Source: Chloroflexota bacterium (lineage in GTDB: Bacteria; Chloroflexota; Limnocylindria; QHBO01). From it: a stretch of 43,980 nucleotides of DNA. Positions 9,870-16,960 of the stretch are shown here, in pieces; positions within the stretch are counted from its first letter, which is position 1; each line of letters begins with the position of its first letter. Under the pieces are notes generated by a model that did not search any database, was not told the DNA's origin, and was given only the letters and a program-made list of their open reading frames with translations. A program made the position numbers and the translations under genes. The stretch covers positions 1 through 43,980 of the forward strand of contig JAGXHP010000046.1 in NCBI GenBank assembly GCA_024636135.1. Direction: 5' to 3'.

Positions 9870-10381
9870 GCGTCCCCCGCCAGGCGTGCCGCGACCTCGA
9901 GGCAGGCGAGCGTCGACGCTCGCTTGTTACCATCCCGGTCGTGGGGCCAGATATGGCGCTCGATCACCGTGGCGCCGTCTCGGACTCCGGCCGCCACGTA
10001 CGTGAGCCCCACCGGCTTCTCGGCCGACCCACCGTCCGGTCCGGCGATTCCCGTGACCGCCACGGCAAGGTGCGCAGCCGGGAATCGATCGAGCGCGCCT
10101 CCGGCCATGGCCTCGGCGACCTCCGCGGAGACGGCTCCGTCACGCTTGATCAGGTCTGGGCCCACCCCGAGCAGATCCTCCTTCACCGCGTTCGAATAGC
10201 TCACCACGCCGCCGAGGTAGTGGTCGCTTGACCGCGGCACCTGGGTGATCGAGTGCCCGACCAGGCCGCCGGTGCAGGATTCGGCGCTCGCCATCTGCCA
10301 CCCGCGTCGGGCGAGGATCCGGCCGAGGCGGGACGCGGCCGTGCGGAGGTCGTCGTCCGTCGGAGGGCGAGCCGTCGACAT
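9866..10381 (-). CDS. CinA C-terminal domain / PncC-like nicotinamide-nucleotide amidohydrolase, 171 aa
   Basis: Contains ASAESCTGGLVGHSIT...GGVVSYSN.VKE..LGV...GAVS.EVA.AMA.G...AVAVTGIAGPDGG...KPVGLTYV, the CinA/PncC signature. Confidence 0.85.
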   Translation of the reverse strand: MSTARPPTDDDLRTAASRLGRILARRGWQMASAESCTGGLVGHSITQVPRSSDHYLGGVVSYSNAVKEDLLGVGPDLIKRDGAVSAEVAEAMAGGALDRFPAAHLAVAVTGIAGPDGGSAEKPVGLTYVAAGVRDGATVIERHIWPHDRDGNKRASTLACLEVAARLAGDA

Positions 10382-10385
10382 CGGC

Positions 10386-10877
10386 TCAGCGGTAGTTCGT
10401 GAACTGGAGGGCGACCGGGTAGTCGAGTGCCTTCAGGTCGGCGATCACGGCCTGGAGCTCGTCCCGAGACTTGGCCGAGACGCGAACCGCGTCGCCCTGG
10501 ATGGCCGGCTTCGTCTTGGGAAATGCCTCGCGGACGTGCTTGCTCAGCTCCTTGGCCTGCTCGCTCGTCAGGCCGCGCTTGAGCTTGACCTCCTGTCGGA
10601 CCGTGCTGCCTCCCGCCGGCTCGATCTTGCCCCAATCGAAGATCTTCAGACTGAGGTTGCGCCGGACGGCCTTGGATTCGAGAAGGTCCTTGGCGGTTCC
10701 GGCCCGGTACTCGTCGTCGGCGACGAGCACGATCGCGTCCTTCCCAAGCTCGAACGCGACCTTGCTGCCCTTGAAGTCGTAGCGCGTGGCGATCTCGCGC
10801 CGCGCCTGGTCGAGCGCATTCACCAGCTCCTGCTGGTCGAAGTCGCTCACGATGTCGAACGATGAATCTGCTGCCAT
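10386..10877 (-). CDS. yajQ: YajQ family nucleotide / cyclic-di-GMP-binding protein (UPF0234), 163 aa
   Basis: Contains SFDIVSDFDQQELVNALDQARREIATRYDFKGS...LKIFDWGK...FTNYR, which is typical of YajQ in both sequence and length. Confidence 0.9.
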   Translation of the reverse strand: MAADSSFDIVSDFDQQELVNALDQARREIATRYDFKGSKVAFELGKDAIVLVADDEYRAGTAKDLLESKAVRRNLSLKIFDWGKIEPAGGSTVRQEVKLKRGLTSEQAKELSKHVREAFPKTKPAIQGDAVRVSAKSRDELQAVIADLKALDYPVALQFTNYR

Positions 10878-10898
10878 GACTCCCCTATCTTGCGCCCT

Positions 10899-12191
10899 TC
10901 AGCTCCCGCTGCGGGCAATCTGCCATTCGATGACGTCGCCCGCACCGCCCATGGCGCCGAGGACGGCGCCATTGATCGTGAGGCGAACCACGCCGGCGTT
11001 CCCGGCGCGTACGCGGAGGGACCGCTCGGCGCTCAGGGCGATGGATTCTCCGTCACCGGCGATGCCGCCCGAGATGTCCGCGAGGGGCGCGCCGTCCTGG
11101 TCGATCTCGAGATACGTCTCGCCGCCGTCCACGCCCAGTGTGCCCGATAGGCCCGGCGGCGGAGCAATCGTCACGCGACGGGTCACCGGCGCCGAGGAGC
11201 CCGCGACGACGGCGAGGTCCCACGTGCCAGGGCTCAACGTCAGAGATGCGCTGAACGCCCCGGCCGCATCGGCCGCTACGGCCACTGGCGCTGGAGCAGT
11301 GGGATCCGAGGGCGTGACTGGCACCGGCTGACCGTTGGCGTCGGTGATCGTGAAGCTCGGAGCCGCGGCGCTGACGAGGGTCGGGGTGACCGTCAGGCCC
11401 GCTCCCGGAGCCGCTGTGCCGCCGAGCCCGACCGGACCCGTCACGGTGGCGTCGGCCGCGGGTGTGGTGAGCGTGACCGAGGACGCCACCGGCGACGGGC
11501 TGGCGGGATCGACGCTCACGACGTTCACGCGCCTCACGAACTCCTCGGACGTTCGGTTCGTGACCGGATCGCGTGCCGTGAGATGAATCTCGTTCGAGCC
11601 GGGCAGCAGGCCCACGGTGATTTCGAAGTTGCCCTCGGCATCGGCCGTGGCGCTCGGGTTCTCGGGCAGTCCGCTGACATTGATCGTGGCGTTGGGAGCC
11701 GCCATGCCGCGCAGGGTGATCGTCGGGCCGGTGTGCGCCGCCACGTCGCCCGGGGGCTCGAGAATGATGAGCTCGGGCGTCCGGGCGAAATTCACGAATT
11801 GGTACCCGAGCCACGCGACGAAGGCACCGACCAGGACGGTCAGGATGGCGGCCGCAATCGCCCCGGGGGTCACGATGAATGTCCTCCGTCGCCGAACGGA
11901 CATGGGTCGCGGCGGGCTCGGCAGGGTGGGCCGCTCGACACCGCTGGCACGCGTCTCGAGCCGGTAGAGGTCGATCAGGTACTCGGCATCCAGGTCGAGA
12001 TACGCCGCGTAATTGCGCAGGAATCCGCGTGTGTAGACCGACCAGGGCAGCTCCCGATACTCACCGCGTTCGAGGGCGGACAGATATCGCTGGCGGATCT
12101 TCGTCTCGCGCTCGACGCGGGACAGGTCGGCGCCCTTCGCCTCGCGCGCCGCCCGCAGAACCTCCCCAAGCTTGTGGCCGTCGTCGGTCAC
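10899..12191 (-). CDS. RodZ-like cytoskeleton-associated membrane protein: N-terminal HTH, one TM segment, two Ig-like segments and a C-terminal DUF4115-like domain (430 aa)
   Basis: - The GTG at 12191 overlaps the ftsK stop (GTGA).
- HTH: KLGEVLRAAREAKGADLSRVERETKIRQRYLSALERGEY..LP..VYTRGFLRNYA.
- TM: FIVTPGAIAAAILTVLVGAFVAWLGY.
- C-terminal end: YLEIDQDGAPL...LRVRAGNAGVVRLTINGA.
- The 751-aa track ORF is an artefactual extension into ftsK. Confidence 0.75.
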   Translation of the reverse strand: MTDDGHKLGEVLRAAREAKGADLSRVERETKIRQRYLSALERGEYRELPWSVYTRGFLRNYAAYLDLDAEYLIDLYRLETRASGVERPTLPSPPRPMSVRRRRTFIVTPGAIAAAILTVLVGAFVAWLGYQFVNFARTPELIILEPPGDVAAHTGPTITLRGMAAPNATINVSGLPENPSATADAEGNFEITVGLLPGSNEIHLTARDPVTNRTSEEFVRRVNVVSVDPASPSPVASSVTLTTPAADATVTGPVGLGGTAAPGAGLTVTPTLVSAAAPSFTITDANGQPVPVTPSDPTAPAPVAVAADAAGAFSASLTLSPGTWDLAVVAGSSAPVTRRVTIAPPPGLSGTLGVDGGETYLEIDQDGAPLADISGGIAGDGESIALSAERSLRVRAGNAGVVRLTINGAVLGAMGGAGDVIEWQIARSGS

Positions 12192-14566
12192 AGTTCCCCA
12201 TCCTCGTCCGGCTCGACGTCGCCGCCCCAGCCGTCGGAGGTGATGAGTACCTCGCGGAAGCGGCTGCCGTCGGCGGCACCCACGATTCCGCGGTCCTCCA
12301 TCTGGTCGAGGATGCGCGCCGCACGGGCGTAGCCGATTCTCAGCCGGCGCTGGAGCAGTGAGGCGGATGCCTTGTCGGAGCGCCGCACGATGTCCACCGC
12401 CTGCGACAGCAGTGCATCGGCGTCGTCGTCCGCGTCTTCCTCGCCCGGCCTGCCTCCGGGCTTGCCGTCGCGTCGCACGGCGGTGATCTCGGGCCGATAC
12501 TGGGGCCCGCCCTGCGCGCGCCAGTGACGGGCAACGGATTCGATCTCGGGATCCGTGACAAGCACGCCCTGGAGGCGCACGGCGCGCGGCGCGTCGATCG
12601 GCTGGTAGAGCATGTCGCCACGGCCGAGCAGGTCCTCCGCTCCGGTCGTGTCGAGGATCGTGCGGCTGTCGATTCCCGACGTCATGGCGAATGCGATGCG
12701 GCTCGGGATGTTGGCCTTGATGAGCCCGGTGATGACCTGCACCGACGGCCGCTGCGTCGCGACGATGAGGTGGATGCCGGTGGCTCGGGCCAGCTGCGCG
12801 ATCCGCGTGATCGTGGCCTCGACCTCGTAGGCGCTCACCATCATGAGGTCGGCAAGCTCGTCGATCACGATGACGATGTAGGGCATTCTCGGCTCGCCGG
12901 CGCGCAGCGCCTCGTTGTAGCCCGCGATGTTCCGGACGCCGCGGGCGGCGAACTCGCCATAGCGGCTCTCCATGGTGCCGACGGTCCACTTGAGGGCGTT
13001 GACGGCCTTGTCGGGCTCGACGATCACCTCGCACAGCAGGTGCGGGATGCCCTTGTACTGCGCCAGCTCGACGCGCTTGGGGTCGATGAGGATGAGCTTG
13101 ACTTCGGCCGGGGTCGCGTTCATCAGGAAGCTGTCGATGATCGCGTTGACGCACACGCTCTTGCCCGAACCGGTGGCGCCGGCGATGAGGAGGTGCGGCA
13201 TCTTCGCCAGGTCGGCGCTGAAGGGCTGCCCGGCGACATCCTGCCCGAGGGCGAAGGCGAGCTTCGACTTCTTCGACGCCTCGGCGTGGTTGCGGCTGGC
13301 GAGAACCTCCTTCAGGGTGACGAGGTCGAAGGCCGAGTTCGGGATCTCGACGCCGACAAACGGCTCACCGGGAATCGGCGCCTCGATCCGGATGCTGCGG
13401 GCGGCGAGCGCGAGCGCGAGGTTGTCCGACAGCCCCTCGATCCGGCTCAGCTTGATGCCGGGATCGACATCGAGGGCGTACTGCGTGACGACCGGTCCCT
13501 CCTGGATTCGCGCCACCTTCACTCCGATGCCGAAGTGCGCGAGCGTCTCGCGGATGCGCTGGCCCTTGGCGGTCAGATCCATCTGGGCGGCGCTCGACTC
13601 GGGAGCGTCGGCAAGCAGCTCCAGGCGCGGGAGGTCCCACGCCCGCTCCACTGGCTCGAGGGCGGCGTCCAGTCCCTCCGGCGGGGTCACCACGGCAAGG
13701 TGCGCCTCCTCCGTGTGCTCCAGCTCCTCCGTCACCGGGTGCGGGACGTCCGGCATATCGGGCACGGCGACCGCGACCGGCGTCGGCACCTGCGGTCGGG
13801 CGGCACCGTTCGATGGGGCCGGCCGCTCCCGGCGCACGATAACCGGCGGCTCGTCGTCGGCGTCGTGGCCCCCGGCCAGCCGGTCTCGCATGCGATCGAT
13901 CAATCCGGGTGAGGGTTCGCCGCTGGCCGCCGGCTCATCGCGGGACCGCTGATCGGCTGAGCGTCCGCGTCGGGTGGCGGTTCGGCGGCTCTCCTCCGCG
14001 GCAATCTCGCGGCGCTCGTCGCGTCCGGCCAGGTAGGCCGCAATGAGGTCGCCGACCGTCATGTTGAAGTAGAGGAGCAGGCCGACTCCCGCGAGCAGCA
14101 CGAGCACGATCCACGCTCCGGCGTTTCCGACCGCGCCGAGGAGCAGCGCGCTCACGCCGAAGCCGATGGCTCCCCCACCCTGGCCGGTGTCGATGGCTTC
14201 CGCACCGCCGCCGACGCTGAGATGGAACATCCCGAGGAGCGCCATGGCGAACACGGCCGCACCGGTGGCTGCCATCCAGCGCTCGGCGGGCATCGTCTTC
14301 ATCCACAGCATCACGGCGAATCCGGCCAGGAGCGGCGCCGCGAAAGCGATCCCCCATCCCAGGGATGTCGTCAGCAGATCGTGCCAGGGCCGGACGATCG
14401 CGCCAGCGTCTGGAGCGAACAGCGCGATGACGCTGATGATGGCCAGCAGCAGCATGACGAGGGCCATCGCCTCGCGCACGAACCGCGCGCTGATGACCAT
14501 CGGGCTCTTCTGCCGGCGCCGTCGCGTCGGTCGTCGTCGGGTTGTCGTCCTGCGTCGAGTCGCCAC
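12188..14566 (-). CDS. ftsK: DNA translocase FtsK/SpoIIIE
   Basis: - N-terminal TM block.
- Walker A: LLIAGATGSGKSVCVNAII.
- Motor domain: IVIDELADLMM...IHLIVATQRPSV.VITG.IKANIPSRIAF.
- Gamma/winged-helix tail: ASASLLQRRLRIGYARAARILDQMEDRGIVG.
- The start is set at GTG 14566, 8 nt after the rnj stop. ATG 14500 is an alternative. The track start at 14965 overlaps rnj and is rejected. Confidence 0.9.
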   Translation of the reverse strand: MATRRRTTTRRRPTRRRRQKSPMVISARFVREAMALVMLLLAIISVIALFAPDAGAIVRPWHDLLTTSLGWGIAFAAPLLAGFAVMLWMKTMPAERWMAATGAAVFAMALLGMFHLSVGGGAEAIDTGQGGGAIGFGVSALLLGAVGNAGAWIVLVLLAGVGLLLYFNMTVGDLIAAYLAGRDERREIAAEESRRTATRRGRSADQRSRDEPAASGEPSPGLIDRMRDRLAGGHDADDEPPVIVRRERPAPSNGAARPQVPTPVAVAVPDMPDVPHPVTEELEHTEEAHLAVVTPPEGLDAALEPVERAWDLPRLELLADAPESSAAQMDLTAKGQRIRETLAHFGIGVKVARIQEGPVVTQYALDVDPGIKLSRIEGLSDNLALALAARSIRIEAPIPGEPFVGVEIPNSAFDLVTLKEVLASRNHAEASKKSKLAFALGQDVAGQPFSADLAKMPHLLIAGATGSGKSVCVNAIIDSFLMNATPAEVKLILIDPKRVELAQYKGIPHLLCEVIVEPDKAVNALKWTVGTMESRYGEFAARGVRNIAGYNEALRAGEPRMPYIVIVIDELADLMMVSAYEVEATITRIAQLARATGIHLIVATQRPSVQVITGLIKANIPSRIAFAMTSGIDSRTILDTTGAEDLLGRGDMLYQPIDAPRAVRLQGVLVTDPEIESVARHWRAQGGPQYRPEITAVRRDGKPGGRPGEEDADDDADALLSQAVDIVRRSDKASASLLQRRLRIGYARAARILDQMEDRGIVGAADGSRFREVLITSDGWGGDVEPDEDGEL

Positions 14567-14574
14567 GTGCCGGG

Positions 14575-16239
14575 TCAGACCTCCATCACGATCGGGAGGA
14601 TCATCGGGCGACGCTTCGTCTTCTGGTGGAAGTAGCGGCTGAGCGTGTCCCGAATCTTCGTCTTCACGTAGCCGGCCTCGGCGTTGTGCTCGTCCTCGTG
14701 CCGCTGGCGCAGTGCGTTCATGAGGTGATCGCGTGCGGCTCCCATGATCGGATCCTCGGGATCCGATAGGAATCCACGGCTGACGAGATCGGGCAGACCG
14801 ACCGGCTGGCCGGTCTTCGCATCGATGGTCAACGCCACCATCACGACGCCGTCGGACGCCAGCATGCGGCGATCCCGCAGGACCACCCCGTCGATCCCGT
14901 CGATCGCGGCGATCCCGTCGACGAGGACGGCGCCCGCGGTGACACTTCCCGCCATGCGGCCCCACTCGCCGTCGAAGTCGACCACCTGGCCGTTCTCAAG
15001 CACAAAGATCTTGTCGACGTCGACTCCGGCTCCCTCGGCCAGGAGAGCGTGCTGAACGAGCATCCGGTACTCGCCGTGGATCGGGATGAAGTGCCGAGGC
15101 TTCACGAGGCCCAACATCAGCTTGAGCTCCTCGCGCGAGCCATGTCCGGAGACGTGGCAATGCACGATCGGCTCGTAGTGGACCATCGCCCCTTCCTTGA
15201 ACAGGTTGTCGATCGTCTTGGCGACCGCCTCCTCGTTCCCGGGAATCGGGCTGGCCGAGACGATGACCGTGTCACCGGGCTCAATCGTGATGTTGCGGTG
15301 ATCGCGGTTGCTCATGCGTGTCAGCCCGCTCATCGGCTCACCCTGAGAACCGGTGGTCATGACCACGAGCTGATCCTTGGAGAGCCGCTGAAGCTGGTCC
15401 TTCTTGACCAGGGTGCCGTCGCGGGCGTCGAGGTAGCCTCGCTCGAGGGCGATCGCCGTGTTCTGCTCCATGCTTCGGCCGAGCGCCACCATCTTTCGCC
15501 CATGTGCCCAGGCGGCGTCGATCACCTGCTGGACGCGGCCGATGTTGCTGGCGAAGGTGGCCACGATCACCCGTCCGGGCGCCTCACCCACGAGGCGATG
15601 CAGGCTCTCGCCGACAGTCGTCTCCGAGAGGGTGTAGCCCTCCTTCTCGGCGCGCGTCGAGTCGGAGAGGAGGAACTCCACTCCCCGGTTGCCGATCTCG
15701 GCGATGAGGCCGAGGTCTGCGCGACGTCCATCGGGTGGCGTGTGGTCGAACTTGAAGTCGCCGGTATGCACGATCGTGCCGAGGCGGGTCGTGATCGCGT
15801 ACCCGACGCCATCCGGGATCGAGTGGTTCACCCGGAATGGGGTGATGCGGAATGAGCCGACCGCGAACTCCCGTCCCGGCTCGATGACGTGGAGCGGCGT
15901 CGAGTCGAGCAGCTTGTGCTCGCGCAGCTTGCCCTGCACGAGTCCCTCGGTGAGGCGCGTCGCGTAGATCGGCGTGCCGGGGATCTTGGGCAGGACGTAC
16001 GGCAGCGCCCCGGTGTGGTCCTCGTGGCCGTGCGTGAGGACGATGCCGCGCACGCGATCTCGGTTCTCGGCCAGATAGGTGGCGTCGGGGATCACGAGGT
16101 CGATGCCAAGCATCTCCGGCTCGGGAAACGCGAGGCCGCAGTCGACAACGAGGATCTCGTCGTCAACTTCGATGACGGTGATGTTCTTGCCGACCTCGCC
16201 CACCCCGCCGAGCGGGATGATGCGCAGGGAATCAGGCAT
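14575..16239 (-). CDS. rnj: Ribonuclease J (beta-CASP metallo-beta-lactamase RNase)
   Basis: Contains LRIIPLGGVGEVGKN...VVDCG..FP......GIDLVIPD..YL......GIVLTHGHEDHTGALPY. The HxHxDH motif and the 554-aa length are typical of RNase J. Confidence 0.92.
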   Translation of the reverse strand: MPDSLRIIPLGGVGEVGKNITVIEVDDEILVVDCGLAFPEPEMLGIDLVIPDATYLAENRDRVRGIVLTHGHEDHTGALPYVLPKIPGTPIYATRLTEGLVQGKLREHKLLDSTPLHVIEPGREFAVGSFRITPFRVNHSIPDGVGYAITTRLGTIVHTGDFKFDHTPPDGRRADLGLIAEIGNRGVEFLLSDSTRAEKEGYTLSETTVGESLHRLVGEAPGRVIVATFASNIGRVQQVIDAAWAHGRKMVALGRSMEQNTAIALERGYLDARDGTLVKKDQLQRLSKDQLVVMTTGSQGEPMSGLTRMSNRDHRNITIEPGDTVIVSASPIPGNEEAVAKTIDNLFKEGAMVHYEPIVHCHVSGHGSREELKLMLGLVKPRHFIPIHGEYRMLVQHALLAEGAGVDVDKIFVLENGQVVDFDGEWGRMAGSVTAGAVLVDGIAAIDGIDGVVLRDRRMLASDGVVMVALTIDAKTGQPVGLPDLVSRGFLSDPEDPIMGAARDHLMNALRQRHEDEHNAEAGYVKTKIRDTLSRYFHQKTKRRPMILPIVMEV

Positions 16240-16941
16240 TCAATGCTCCTGGAAGAGGGTCATCTGTTCGGCCTCGTCGGCTGCCGGGTCGGGACTCTGC
16301 TCCCGATCGACCGCCTCCTGGGCCTGGACCGATGCCGGTCGCTCTTCCGCGAGCGCCCGACGGGCGTCCAGCAGCGCCGCCGGCAGGCCTCGGATGTCAC
16401 GGAACAGCGTTTCGCGCAGCGAGGCCTGGTGCAGCGCCGCAGCAGGATGGTACATCGGGAAGACGTGCTGCCCGGTGAACGACCGACGAAGTTGCCCGTG
16501 GGCGCCGCCGATCCGAGCACCGGGCAGGTAGCGTTGGAGCGAGTGACGGCCGAGCGTCACCACGACCGCGGGCTGGAGAGCGCGCTCCTGTGCGTCGAGG
16601 TACGGGGCGCAGGCTGCCTTCTCCTCGGGCTCGGGATCGCGGTTGGCTGGCGGCCGGCACTTCACGACGTTCGTGATGAAGACGTCCGCCCGTGTCCAGC
16701 CGATCGCGGCCAGCAGCTCCGACAGCAGCTCGCCGGCCGGTCCCACGAACGGACGGCCCGTTCGATCCTCGCGCGCCCCTGGGCCCTCCCCCACGAGGAG
16801 AACGTCGCTCATGTCGTTTCCCTCGCCGGGGACCGCGTGCGATCGGCCGGCTGAGAGCGGACAGCGCGTGCAGGAGCGGACCGTGTCCGCGATCTCCGCC
16901 AGCGCCGTCGCGCTCCCTGCCGGCCCGCTCGCGTCGTCCAT
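16240..16941 (-). CDS. Uracil-DNA glycosylase, family 4
   Basis: Contains CTRCPL......VPGEG.....VLLVGEGPGAREDRTGRPFVGPAGELL...VFITNVVKCRPP.NR.P......C.PYL...HPAA, the family-4 UDG motifs. The stop abuts the rnj start with a 0-nt gap. Confidence 0.85.
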   Translation of the reverse strand: MDDASGPAGSATALAEIADTVRSCTRCPLSAGRSHAVPGEGNDMSDVLLVGEGPGAREDRTGRPFVGPAGELLSELLAAIGWTRADVFITNVVKCRPPANRDPEPEEKAACAPYLDAQERALQPAVVVTLGRHSLQRYLPGARIGGAHGQLRRSFTGQHVFPMYHPAAALHQASLRETLFRDIRGLPAALLDARRALAEERPASVQAQEAVDREQSPDPAADEAEQMTLFQEH

Positions 16942-16960
16942 CGCGTGCGGCCGGCCCGGC

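Noticed and set aside
10899-13154. 751-aa ORF listed in the track.
   Set aside because: Its N-terminal 321 aa are an Arg/His/Pro-rich out-of-frame read through the ftsK motor domain. The real RodZ-like gene starts at GTG 12191.
14567-14965. N-terminal 133-aa extension of ftsK in the track.
   Set aside because: It overlaps the 3' end of rnj, has Arg/Asp-rich nonsense composition, and the FtsK TM region begins just after the 14566/14500 starts.
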